Shown: positions 9,030 through 17,885 of the stretch, piece after piece | Position numbering within the stretch: the stretch's first letter is position 1 | How the letters are laid out: each line of letters opens with the position of its first letter | Position numbers and translations under genes: made by a program | The notes under the pieces: model-generated | Databases searched by the model: none | The model's input: only the letters and a program-made list of their open reading frames with translations | What the model was told of the DNA's origin: nothing | Assembly: GCA_963695025.1 (NCBI GenBank) | Contig: CAVOFQ010000002.1 | Location: forward strand, 215,272 to 279,271 | Direction: 5' to 3' | From: an uncultured Actinomycetes bacterium | GTDB taxonomy: Bacteria > Actinomycetota > Thermoleophilia > Gaiellales > JAICJC01 | Length of the DNA stretch: 64,000 bases

Positions 9030-10009
9030 GGGGTGGCGGTCTCGAGCCGCCCGGCGCGGAATCGGTCAGCCTCCGGCGGCAGCGCCCGGCCGCCGGCGAG
9101 GTCGGCAATCAACCTGCCGAGGAGAGGCCCGAACTTGAAGGCATGGCCGCTGTCGCCGCCGCAGACGATCACGCCGTCGATCTTCTCAAGAATGAAGTCG
9201 CCGTCGGGCGACATGGTGTAGAGGCAGGCCTCTGAGCACACCGGCCGCGGGTCGAGCCCCGGGAAGGCCCGGCGGACGTGCTCGACCAGGCGCTCCACGA
9301 GCGCGTCGTCGATCGGACGGTCGGTGCGGTCGGGATCCCACCGGTCGGGCCGGGCGGCATCCTCGCCCACCTTGTAGCCGACGCCGGGCGCGATCACGCC
9401 GTAGTGCAAGCGGCGGTCGGGAGCGCCGTGGTCGATGATCGACGGCCGCGTGGCGGGGGCGCCCCCGAAGTAGGTCACCTGCTCGATCCGCGGCGAGAGC
9501 GGCAGCCCGAACATCGGGCCGAGCCAGGAGCCGGGGCAGGCCACGACCACGTCGGCCCTGAGCTCGCGGGGGTCGTGGATCAGCTGGCCCTCGCGGACGT
9601 CGATCCCGCGCCGGAGCCGCTGCAGCGCCTCGTCGGCCATCACGGCGCCGCCGAGGTGGTCGTAGAGCACGGGCTCGGGGAAGTGCGCCTCGGGGAAGAG
9701 CGCGGCGGCCTCGGCGGGCTCGAGCCAACGGTATTCCTCGCCGCAGGCATCCATCGCGGCGGCGTGCAGCTCGACGCCGGCGCCGTACTCCAAAAGGCCC
9801 GTGTTGTGGAGCAGGCCCGCGTCGAGCCGCCGCCACTCCTCGATCGCCCTGCGCGCAAGCCGCACGTAGTCCGGCAGGCGGTAGCTGCGCCGGTAGATGC
9901 GCGAGCGGCCGGGCGACGAGGCGAGCCGGGAGCCGACCCGGTCGCGCTCGTACACGGTCACGGCGAAGCCGTCGTCCGCCAGGGCGTGCGCAGCCGAGAG
10001 GCCGATCAC
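9026..10009 (-). CDS. FAD-dependent oxidoreductase, monomeric sarcosine oxidase / N-methyltryptophan oxidase-like
   Basis: The C-terminal EACLYTMSPDGDFILE..GGDSGHAFKFGPLLGRLIADLA resembles MSOX/MTOX. The dinucleotide-binding motif VVGAGVIGLS starts upstream of the first canonical start (GTG 10009), so the true start may be the CTG at 10042. Confidence 0.8.
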   Translation of the reverse strand: MIGLSAAHALADDGFAVTVYERDRVGSRLASSPGRSRIYRRSYRLPDYVRLARRAIEEWRRLDAGLLHNTGLLEYGAGVELHAAAMDACGEEYRWLEPAEAAALFPEAHFPEPVLYDHLGGAVMADEALQRLRRGIDVREGQLIHDPRELRADVVVACPGSWLGPMFGLPLSPRIEQVTYFGGAPATRPSIIDHGAPDRRLHYGVIAPGVGYKVGEDAARPDRWDPDRTDRPIDDALVERLVEHVRRAFPGLDPRPVCSEACLYTMSPDGDFILEKIDGVIVCGGDSGHAFKFGPLLGRLIADLAGGRALPPEADRFRAGRLETATP

Positions 10010-10034
10010 GCCGGCCCCGACGACAGCCGCGGTG

Positions 10035-10361
10035 TCAGGCAGCCGGCGCCACCATCTGCCGCAGCTCGCCGGACTCGTGCAGCTCCGACACGATGTCGCA
10101 GCCCCCCACGAGCTCGCCGTCGATGAAGAGCTGGGGGATCGTCGGCCAACCCGAGTGCGCCGACAGCTCCTGGCGGATGCGCGGGTCGGGCAGGATGTCC
10201 ATCGCGGCGAACTCCGCGCCCGACTCGTTCAGACACTGCACCGTGCGGGCCGAGAACCCACAGCGCGGGAAGTCCGGCGTGCCCTTCATGAACAGCATGA
10301 CCCGGTTGCCCCGGATCGTCTGCAGGATCTCTTCGCGAATCTGGTCATCGGTGACGATCAT
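10035..10361 (-). CDS. grxD: monothiol glutaredoxin (Grx4 family, CGFS active site)
   Basis: 108 aa with VMLFMKGTPDFPRCGFS..WPTIPQLFIDGELVGGCDI. Confidence 0.9.
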   Translation of the reverse strand: MIVTDDQIREEILQTIRGNRVMLFMKGTPDFPRCGFSARTVQCLNESGAEFAAMDILPDPRIRQELSAHSGWPTIPQLFIDGELVGGCDIVSELHESGELRQMVAPAA

Positions 10362-10585
10362 GTGGCCTCCGTCTTGATCTGCAATGCATGGATTGTGCCG
10401 TCCGAGATCAGGTGCTGCACCGGGGCGTACACCAGCCGGTGCTGCTCGATCAGCGACAGCCCGGCGAACCGGTCGGAGCGCACGCGCGCGGACAGGTGGT
10501 CGCTGCCGGAAAAGCTCGACACCTCCACCTCGCCGCTCGGGAACGCCCCCTGGAGCAGCTCGCGCACCTGGTCGGTCAGCTGCAT
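10358..10585 (-). CDS. BolA family protein
   Basis: Internal start MQLTDQVRELLQ (75 aa) with ..SDRFAGLSLIEQHRLVY..IHALQIKT. The ATGA overlaps the glutaredoxin gene, the classic BolA-Grx pairing. Confidence 0.8.
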   Translation of the reverse strand: MQLTDQVRELLQGAFPSGEVEVSSFSGSDHLSARVRSDRFAGLSLIEQHRLVYAPVQHLISDGTIHALQIKTEAT

Positions 10586-10688
10586 ATACGCAAGATTAGC
10601 GTTCTCATACCCCGCGCTCACCCAACTCTTAGCCGGGCTCCGTATCGTCCGGGCAGAACCGACCAACGCGCCTCGAGGAGGGCGCATC

Positions 10689-11354
10689 ATGCTCTTCTAT
10701 CTCTACTTCGCAATTCCGCCCCTGATCGCCGGGCTGCTCGCACAGGCCTGGGTCAGGCGCACCTTCGCCGACGCCTCGAAGGTGCCGGCCATGTCCGGCC
10801 TCACCGGCGCGCAGGTCAGCCGGCGCATGCTCGACTCCGGTGGGCTCTCCGACGTCGGCGTCGAGGGTATCCAGGGCAACCTCAGCGACCACTACGACCC
10901 GCGCACCCGCCTGATGCGGCTCTCCCCCGCGGTGGGCGGCTCGAGCTCGGTGGCCGCCGTCGCGGTCGCTGCGCACGAGACCGGCCACGCCTTCCAGGAC
11001 GCTCGCCACGAGGCCGGGTTTCGCGCACGCGGCGCGCTCGTACCCGCGGCGGGGTTCGCCTCGCAGGCGTGGTTTCCGATCTTCCTGGTCGGGATCTTCG
11101 CGAACGCGAGCAACCTCGCCATGATCGGCGTGGCCCTGTTCGCGGCAATCGTGCTCTTCCAGGTCGCGACCCTGCCGGTCGAGTTCGGAGCCAGCCGCAA
11201 GGCCATGGCCCTCCTGACCGACCAGGGCGTGATCAGCCAGGCGCAGGCGCCGATCGCTCGCAAGGTGCTGACCGCGGCCGCCCTGACATACGTCGTCGCC
11301 ACGCTGGCGGCGGTGTGGCAGCTGGCCTTCCTGTTCATGCAGACGCGCAGGTAG
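10689..11354 (+). CDS. putative neutral zinc metallopeptidase (Zn_peptidase_2 family, membrane)
   Basis: MLFYLYFAIPPLIAGLLAQAWV..SGLTGAQVSRRMLD..LSDHYDPRTRLMRLS..AVAAHETGHAFQ (HExxH). Confidence 0.85.
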   Translation: MLFYLYFAIPPLIAGLLAQAWVRRTFADASKVPAMSGLTGAQVSRRMLDSGGLSDVGVEGIQGNLSDHYDPRTRLMRLSPAVGGSSSVAAVAVAAHETGHAFQDARHEAGFRARGALVPAAGFASQAWFPIFLVGIFANASNLAMIGVALFAAIVLFQVATLPVEFGASRKAMALLTDQGVISQAQAPIARKVLTAAALTYVVATLAAVWQLAFLFMQTRR

Positions 11355-11368
11355 GCCCGGCTCGCAAC

Positions 11369-11402
11369 GGCCGGCCGGGGCAGTCAGAACGCCCGGCCGG
11401 CC
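11369..11402. terminator. 11-bp perfect GC hairpin between convergent genes
   Basis: GGCCGGCCGGG - 12 nt - CCCGGCCGGCC, 14 nt after the stop at 11354. There is no clear U tract. Confidence 0.4.
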
Positions 11403-11522
11403 GCAAGGAGGCGCCGCCGTGTTCGAGCCGGGCCGCGGCCTCGAGGGTGCGGGTTCCCACCGTCGAACCGCGGCCACAACCTCAGGAGAGAGATGTGGGC
11501 GCCGGGTTCCCCGAAGGCCGGC

Positions 11523-12734
11523 TCACTTGAACGGCACGGTGACGGGGCCGGGCAGGCGTCGGTACACGGCGAAGAAGTCGCGGTCGTCCGGTACGAGGTA
11601 TCGCGTCACCGGCTGTTGGTAGTTGGGCACGACCTTGACCGGGCCCAGGCCGCCGTGGTGGGTGTAGGTGATCAGGGTCGGCCACTCCGGATTGATGTCG
11701 AGTTGCATCGCGCGCACCGCCCCCGCCCGCTGCAGGATCTGCGCGAGCGTCGTCACCGTCTGATAGTCGGCCGCGGCATAGATCAGGTTGCCGTGCCGGT
11801 CGATCCCGGCGCCGGTTCGCCACACCCGGACCGAGTTGCCGAGCGTGTAGCCCCACTGCGAGCTGTCGTTCAGGGCAGGGTTGAGACGACCGTGATTGAC
11901 GATCAACGGCAGGCTCTGACGCGCAAATGCGACCTGCGGTCCCGCAACGGGGCCGCCGGCCCACGACTTCACGTCGACGCGACCGTCGCGGTAGGCGATG
12001 AGCGTCGCGAGACCCGCCTTGAGCGGCTCGTACGACCTCCCGCCGATCGACGATCCGTTGTTGCCGTCGGCGTAGATGAAGCCTCCGTTGAACGTCGCGT
12101 ACAGGCGCCAACGCTGGCCGAAGGGCACCGACATCGGCCCCCGCACCGGGGCGTTCGGCGGCTCGTACCGGCCTGGATACCACGCCACTGAGGTGCGGGT
12201 GTGATCGAACCACGCCACGTAGGCAACGATCCGCGGATAATCGCGCTCGGTCCGGAACGTCGTCACGAGCACCGGCGGCTGCCCCTGCACGACGGGCCCA
12301 GTCCCCCGCCACACTCCCTCGCCGGGCAGCGGGTTGGCGAAGACGGGCGTTATCGAGGGCGGGGCCGACACCGGGACCGCCACGGTGTGGTGGTGCCGCG
12401 CCCTCGGTTTCGTGGTCAGCGGAGCGCCGAGCCCGACCGTCGGCAGGCTCTTGAGCTGCGGGCCACCCGGATCCGGCGCCTTCCAGCTGTAGTAGTAGTG
12501 CTCGACCTCGTCGACGAGCCAGTTGCCGTGGTGTGCTCTCAGCCACTCGACGCTGCGCGGCCAGAGCGGCAGGCTCGACGGCTGCATCATCGTCGTCGCG
12601 TAGGAGTAGGCCGCCGGGGACAGCAGCATGAGGATCGTGAGCGTCACGACCAGACGAGCCCGGCGCGAACGCCGCCGCCGGCCGCGCCGTCGGCGCTGGC
12701 GGGTCCGTTCTTCACTGGGGCCGGTCGATCCCAT
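11523..12734 (-). CDS. phosphodiester glycosidase (NAGPA/DUF2233-like) family protein, N-terminal membrane anchor
   Basis: 403 aa with an Arg-rich N-terminus plus one TM, then a pattern (RTGAGIDRHGNLIYAAADY..LAQILQRAGAVRAMQLD) reminiscent of this family. Confidence 0.65.
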   Translation of the reverse strand: MGSTGPSEERTRQRRRRGRRRRSRRARLVVTLTILMLLSPAAYSYATTMMQPSSLPLWPRSVEWLRAHHGNWLVDEVEHYYYSWKAPDPGGPQLKSLPTVGLGAPLTTKPRARHHHTVAVPVSAPPSITPVFANPLPGEGVWRGTGPVVQGQPPVLVTTFRTERDYPRIVAYVAWFDHTRTSVAWYPGRYEPPNAPVRGPMSVPFGQRWRLYATFNGGFIYADGNNGSSIGGRSYEPLKAGLATLIAYRDGRVDVKSWAGGPVAGPQVAFARQSLPLIVNHGRLNPALNDSSQWGYTLGNSVRVWRTGAGIDRHGNLIYAAADYQTVTTLAQILQRAGAVRAMQLDINPEWPTLITYTHHGGLGPVKVVPNYQQPVTRYLVPDDRDFFAVYRRLPGPVTVPFK

Positions 12735-12804
12735 CGCCCGCGCACCCTAGAGGCGGCTTGTGAGAGCAACGTGAGCCGCCCCGCCCCTGCCGTAGACTGC
12801 CCCG

Positions 12805-13750
12805 GTGACCCTTCCGCTCCAGCCGCCACTGCTTCCACAGCTCGCGCGCTCTGCAGCCGAGGTGCCGGAGGGCGAGGGCTGGCTGTACGAGCCCAAGCTC
12901 GACGGCTTCCGGGCCATCGTCTTCGTCGACGGCGACGATATCCACGTGCAGTCGCGAAATGGCAAGCCGCTCGGCCGGTACTTCCCCGAGCTGCGCTTCC
13001 CGGGCGGCCGGCTGGTGCTCGACGGTGAGATCATCATCCGCGCGCCGGGCGGCGGAGAGGACTTCGAGGGGCTGCAAGGCCGGATCCATCCCGCCGCCTC
13101 GAGGATCGAGCGGCTCGCCGCGGAGCAGCCGGCGACGTTCGTCGCCTTCGACCTGCTCGCACGGGACAACGCGTCGCTCCTCGAGGCGCCGCTGACCGAG
13201 CGGCGGGCGGCGCTGGAGACGGTCGTCTCGGCGCCCGTCGAGCTCATCCCCTCGACCGCGAAGATCGCCGAGGCGACGCCCTGGCTGCACAGCGCCGAGG
13301 GCGTGATCGCCAAGCGCGCGCGACGCCCCGTACCTGCCCGGCGAGCGCACGGGCATGGTCAAGATCAAGCGGGTGCGCACGATGGACTGCGCGGTCGTCG
13401 GCTGGCGGCCCGGCAAGGCCGAGGGCACGGTCGGCTCGCTGATCCTGGGCCTCTACGACCCCGCGGGCGAGCTGCACGTGGTCGGGCACACGTCGGGGTT
13501 CACGGCCGCCAGGGCCCGCGAGCTCGTCGGGGTGGTGCAGCCGCACGAGACCGGCGAGCACGGTGCCTCGGAGCCGAACCGGTGGAGCGCCGACCGCGAC
13601 CGGGAATGGCGCGAGCTGCGGCCCGACCTCGTCGTCGAGGTCAGCTTCGACCACAAGAGCGGAAACCGGATCCGCCACGGCGCGCGGCTGTTGCGCTTTC
13701 GCGACGACAAGCGCGCGCAGGACTGCGCGGTGGAGCAGCTCGACAGCTGA
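12805..13750 (+). pseudogene. ATP-dependent DNA ligase (small LigC-like), frame disrupted (or sequencing error)
   Basis: The adenylation domain sits in frame 1 (WLYEPKLDGFRAIVF = KxDG motif I). The OB domain sits in the +1 frame (MVKIKRVRTMDCAVVGW..). Removing one base near 13318-13323 restores ..GVIAKRADAPYLPGERTGMVKIK... Length is 3n+1. Confidence 0.8.
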
Positions 13751-13794
13751 GCTGCCCTCAGACGGCTCTCACGCGTCCGCCCTAGCCTGGCGTC

Positions 13795-14466
13795 ATGGCG
13801 GCCAAGGCACAAATCCACCGCGTGCGACGGTTCACCCGCTCTGAGATCGCGGTGCACTGGGCGCTGGCGGCGACCGTGCTGGCGATGATCGCGACCGGGA
13901 TCGCGCTCGGCATGAACATGTGGCACGGAGTGGCGTTTCCCGTGCATGTCGCCAGCGTGTTCGTGCTCGCCGCCGGCATCTTCGTGATCGCGATCGTGGG
14001 CGACCCGGCCGCCCTCTCGCGCGCCGGGGGTCAGCTCTCCCGGATCGAGCGGGACGACCGCCGCTGGCTCGGCTGGGCACCGCGACGCCTCCTCGGCCGT
14101 GACGGCGATCCGCCGCCGGTTGGCCGGTTCAACGCCGGCCAGAAGGTCAATGCCATCCTGATCGCGACGCTGCTCTGCGCCTCCACGGCGTCGGGCCTCT
14201 ACTGGTGGGCGCGCCTCCATGGCCTCGTCTCGAACTCGAACATCGACGGCGCGATCCACAACGTGGCCGGAGTCGCGATCATCGTGCTCGTCTGCGGGCA
14301 CCTGTACATGGCGGTGCTCAATCCCGGCACCCGCCACGCCCTGCGTGGAATCACCACGGGTCGCGTGGACGCCGAGTGGGCCGCGCACCACCACCCCGCC
14401 TGGCTGGCGGAGGCGCGGCCGGACGGCCTCACGCGAGCAGTTCGAGAACCGCCTCAGGCTCCTTGA
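13795..14466 (+). CDS. b-type cytochrome membrane protein (Ni/Fe-hydrogenase / formate dehydrogenase gamma-like)
   Basis: 223 aa with 4 predicted TM helices. Motifs: RFTRSEIAVHWALA, FNAGQKVNAILIA, His residues within the helices. Confidence 0.6.
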   Translation: MAAKAQIHRVRRFTRSEIAVHWALAATVLAMIATGIALGMNMWHGVAFPVHVASVFVLAAGIFVIAIVGDPAALSRAGGQLSRIERDDRRWLGWAPRRLLGRDGDPPPVGRFNAGQKVNAILIATLLCASTASGLYWWARLHGLVSNSNIDGAIHNVAGVAIIVLVCGHLYMAVLNPGTRHALRGITTGRVDAEWAAHHHPAWLAEARPDGLTRAVREPPQAP

Positions 14467-16240
14467 ACGGCGGCACCAGGTATGCCCCGGCGGCCAGCTC
14501 GCGGACGGCGTCGAGCAGGTCGCGGGCAACGGCGAGCCCCTCGCGGGGGGCGTTCGGCCCGGCCCGCTCGAGCCGGTCGAGGATCGCCGCCGGGACGCTG
14601 ATGCCGGGCACCTCGTTGTGGAGCCGCAACGCGAGCGCGTGGCTCCGCACCGGCCACACGCCGACCAGCAGGGGCACGGGCGGTCGGCCGTCGAGTCGGT
14701 CGAGGAATTGCTCGAGCTGCCCGGTGTCGAAGAGCACCTGGGTCATCGCGAAGCGGGCGCCGGCCTCGATCTTCTGGTGGAACCGGTCGAGCTCCCAGCC
14801 GGGGTCGTCGGCCACCGGGTTGACGGCCACGCCGACGTGGAAGCTGGTGGCGTCGTCGATCGCCTTGCCCGCATAGTCGACGCCCGAGTTGAGGGCCGCG
14901 ATGAGCCGGGTGAGGCCGATCGCGTCCACCTCGTAGACGGCCTGCGACCCGTGCGGGTCGCCCGAGGGGGGCGGATCGCCGGTGACCGCAAGGACGTTGC
15001 GGATCCCCACCGCGTGAGCCCCGAGCAGCATCGACTCGATGCCGCGCACGCTGGCATCGCGCGGAGTCACGTGCGGGATGGTCTCGACACCGACCTGCTG
15101 CTCGATCAGCGCGGATGCGATCAGCGCGTTCATCCGGGCCCGGGCGAGCGGGTTGTCGTTCACGTCGAAGAGGTGGACGCGGCCGGAGGCAGCCAGGCTG
15201 CGCGCCGAGGCGATCATGCGCTCGACGTTGCCTCCCTTGGGCGGGTCGAGCTCGACCGAGACGACGAACTCGCCCTTGCGGAGCTTGGCCTCGAGCAGCG
15301 TCTCGACGGTCTCCGCCGCGGCCCGGATCGGCAGCTCGCGCTCGACCAGCTGCAGCGCGACCGCGGGCGAGCGGCGCTCGCTGACCGCGCGCCTGATGGC
15401 CGCGACGTGCTCCGGCGTCGTGCCGCAGCAGCCGCCGATGAGCACCGCGCCGAGCGCGAGGGCATGGGCCGCGTACTCGCCGAAATACTCGGGACTCGCG
15501 TTCGGGTAGACGACCCGCCCGGTCGAGACGTTGGGCAGGCCCGCATTCGCCTTGGCCGCCAGCGGCAGGTCGGTGACGGCGCGCATCTGCTCGAGCCCCT
15601 GCAGCACGGTCTGGGGGCCGAGGCTGCAGTTGACGCCCACCGCGGTCGGCGCGAACTCCGTCACGGCTGCCGGGACAGCCCGGGCCGCGAGTCCGGCGAC
15701 GGTCTCGGCGTCGTCGCCCACGGTCACCTGGACGATCAGCGGCAGGTCGGTGACCGAGCGCACCGCCCGCACCGCGGTCAGGAGCTCCTCGAGGGCCGTG
15801 AACGTCTCGAGCGCGAACAGGTCGACCCCGCGGCCCTCGAGCGCGGCCGCCTGGGCAGCGAACGCCTCGGCCATCGCCGCGGACGCAAGCTCGCCCGCCG
15901 CCACACCGAGCGGCCCGATCGATCCCGCCACGAGCACGTCTCGGCCCGCCACCTCACGCGCCTCCCGAGCCAGCTTCACCCCGGCCTGGTTGACCGCCTC
16001 GAACCGGTCGTCGAGCTTGTGTGCGCCCAGCTTGACCGGATTTGCGCCGTAGGTGTTGGTCTGGATCACGTCCGCCCCGGCGCGGATGAACGCCACGTGC
16101 AGGGCGACCACCTGCTCGGGCGCGATCAGGTTTGCCTCCTCCGCGCAGCGGGCGCGTAGAACCGCCGTCTGCAGGAGCGAGCCCATGCCGCCGTCGGAAA
16201 CCAGCGGCTCGCGGCCCAGCCGTTGCAGCGTGCGCGCCAT
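14429..16240 (-). CDS. bifunctional homocysteine S-methyltransferase / 5,10-methylenetetrahydrofolate reductase (YitJ-like)
   Basis: 603 aa. The N-terminal Hcy-binding domain has SDGGMGS and GGCCGTTPEH. The C-terminal MTHFR domain has VSVELDPPKG, NVLAVTGDPP and FAMTQVLFD. Confidence 0.9.
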   Translation of the reverse strand: MARTLQRLGREPLVSDGGMGSLLQTAVLRARCAEEANLIAPEQVVALHVAFIRAGADVIQTNTYGANPVKLGAHKLDDRFEAVNQAGVKLAREAREVAGRDVLVAGSIGPLGVAAGELASAAMAEAFAAQAAALEGRGVDLFALETFTALEELLTAVRAVRSVTDLPLIVQVTVGDDAETVAGLAARAVPAAVTEFAPTAVGVNCSLGPQTVLQGLEQMRAVTDLPLAAKANAGLPNVSTGRVVYPNASPEYFGEYAAHALALGAVLIGGCCGTTPEHVAAIRRAVSERRSPAVALQLVERELPIRAAAETVETLLEAKLRKGEFVVSVELDPPKGGNVERMIASARSLAASGRVHLFDVNDNPLARARMNALIASALIEQQVGVETIPHVTPRDASVRGIESMLLGAHAVGIRNVLAVTGDPPPSGDPHGSQAVYEVDAIGLTRLIAALNSGVDYAGKAIDDATSFHVGVAVNPVADDPGWELDRFHQKIEAGARFAMTQVLFDTGQLEQFLDRLDGRPPVPLLVGVWPVRSHALALRLHNEVPGISVPAAILDRLERAGPNAPREGLAVARDLLDAVRELAAGAYLVPPFKEPEAVLELLA

Positions 16241-16261
16241 CGGCGGGAGTGTATGGACGTA

Positions 16262-16362
16262 GACTTCGGGACGGAACGTTTGCCGGGGAGTCCCGTCCGG
16301 GGCTGAGAGGGCGCAAGAGCCGCCGACCCGCGAACCTGATCTGGGTCATGCCAGCGAAGGGA
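16262..16362 (+). promoter_or_regulatory. TPP (THI-box) riboswitch
   Basis: GGGGCUGAGA (16299-16308), ACCC (16326-16329) and GAACCUGAUCUGGGUCAUGCCAGCGAAGGGA (16332-16362) match the universal THI-element core. P1 is CUUCG (16264-16268) paired with CGAAG (16355-16359). It lies directly upstream of an NMT1/THI5-type ABC importer. Confidence 0.85.
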
Positions 16363-16366
16363 TGCA

Positions 16367-17122
16367 ATGCCAATGGGTGATGGGGCCGCGATCAAGCTCT
16401 CCCAGGTGGAGATGCGGTTTGGAGAGCTCCTCGTGCTGCGGGAGATCTCGCTCACGGTCGAAGCGGGCGCGGTGGTGGGGCTGGTCGGGCCGAGCGGCTG
16501 CGGCAAGTCGACGCTCCTCGAGCTGATCGCGGGGCTCGGCGAGCCGACCGCCGGCACGGTGACGGTCGGCGGGGCGGCGAGCGTGGCCGGTCGACTCGAG
16601 CAGTGCGTCCTCATGCCCCAGAGCGACCTGCTGATGCCCTGGCGCGATGCGCTCGGAAACGCCGCCGTCGCGCTCGAGAACGCCGGTGCCGGGCGCGGCC
16701 GGGCGCGCGCCGAGGCCACGCCGCTCTTCGGGCGGCTCGGCCTCGACGGATTCGAGCGCAGCCGCACATGGGAGCTCTCGGGCGGCATGCGCCAGCGGGT
16801 TGCGTTCGCCCGCACCCTGCTGGCGGGCAAGCCGGTGCTCCTGCTCGACGAGCCGTTCGGTGCGCTGGATGCGATCACGCGAGCGGAGCTGCAGAACTGG
16901 CTGCGGGCCGCGCTCCGCGACGAGCCGCGGACGACGGTGCTCGTCACCCACGACGTCGAAGAGGCGCTGCTCGTGTGCGACCGGGTCGTCGTGATGTCGC
17001 CCCGCCCGGGCCGGATCGTGCTCGATCTCGGGGCAGGGTTCGGGGGCGGCGAACGGTCGCGGGCGATCGCGTCGCCGGACTTCCTGGCCGCGCAGGGCCG
17101 CGCGCTCGAGGCGCTGCGATGA
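16367..17122 (+). CDS. ABC transporter ATP-binding protein (ThiZ-like, NitT/TauT family)
   Basis: 251 aa with Walker A GPSGCGKST, signature LSGGMRQR and Walker B LLLDEPFGALD. Confidence 0.9.
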   Translation: MPMGDGAAIKLSQVEMRFGELLVLREISLTVEAGAVVGLVGPSGCGKSTLLELIAGLGEPTAGTVTVGGAASVAGRLEQCVLMPQSDLLMPWRDALGNAAVALENAGAGRGRARAEATPLFGRLGLDGFERSRTWELSGGMRQRVAFARTLLAGKPVLLLDEPFGALDAITRAELQNWLRAALRDEPRTTVLVTHDVEEALLVCDRVVVMSPRPGRIVLDLGAGFGGGERSRAIASPDFLAAQGRALEALR

Positions 17123-17877
17123 GGCGGCTCTTCCGCAACGGCTCGTGGGTGCCGGTGCTCGTCGGGCTGATCGCCGCGTGGCAGGCGTACGTGCGCGTGC
17201 GCGGGGTGCCGCAGTACGTGCTGCCGGCGCCCACCGACGTTGCCCGGGCGCTCTGGGACGAGCGCAGCGCGCTGGCCTCGGCTGCCGGCGTCACGGCCCG
17301 CGAGATGCTGGCGGGGTTCGCGATGGCGCTCGCGGTCGGATTCGTTGCGGCGGTCGCACTGCACGCGTCGGCCACCCTGCGACGGGCCGTCTATCCGCTC
17401 CTGGTGGCGTCCCAGAGCGTTCCGGTCGTCGCGATCGCGCCGCTGCTCGTGATCTACCTCGGCTTCGGCCTGGCGCCGAAGCTCGTGATCGTCGCGCTGG
17501 TCTGCTTCTTCCCCATCACCGTGTCGGCCCTCGACGGGTTCCGGTCGGTCGATCCCGACCACGTCCGCGTGATGCGGACGTTGCGAGCGAGCCGGTTTGC
17601 CATCTTCCGCCGGGTGGAGCTGCCCTGGGCGCTGCCCTCGATGTTCACCGGCATGCGCGTGGCCGCGTCCTACGCCGCCGTCGCGGCGCTCTTCGCCGAG
17701 TACGCGGCCGCCGACACGGGCCTCGGCAACGCCATGCGCGAGGGCACGGCCCAGTACGACGCGCCGCTTGTCGGCGCCGCCGTCGTGGTGCTGGCCGGCC
17801 TCGCGCTCGTGCTGTTCGGCCTCGTTACCCTGGTCGAGCGCCTGACCATTCCATGGGCCCGCCACCGCGGTCGGTGA
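17119..17877 (+). CDS. ABC transporter permease (ThiX-like)
   Basis: Start MRRLFRNGSW at 17119 (ATGA overlap). It is polytopic and carries the EAA-like loop RTLRASRFAIFRRVELPWALP. Confidence 0.9.
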   Translation: MRRLFRNGSWVPVLVGLIAAWQAYVRVRGVPQYVLPAPTDVARALWDERSALASAAGVTAREMLAGFAMALAVGFVAAVALHASATLRRAVYPLLVASQSVPVVAIAPLLVIYLGFGLAPKLVIVALVCFFPITVSALDGFRSVDPDHVRVMRTLRASRFAIFRRVELPWALPSMFTGMRVAASYAAVAALFAEYAAADTGLGNAMREGTAQYDAPLVGAAVVVLAGLALVLFGLVTLVERLTIPWARHRGR

Positions 17878-17885
17878 CCGAAGGG

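Noticed and set aside
16241-16366. Possible SAM or cobalamin riboswitch on the minus strand upstream of the homocysteine methyltransferase/MTHFR gene.
   Set aside because: I found no B12 box or SAM-I/SAM-IV core. The conserved blocks in this spacer read as a TPP riboswitch on the + strand. The fragments that resemble CCCGGCAA are part of its P3 extension.
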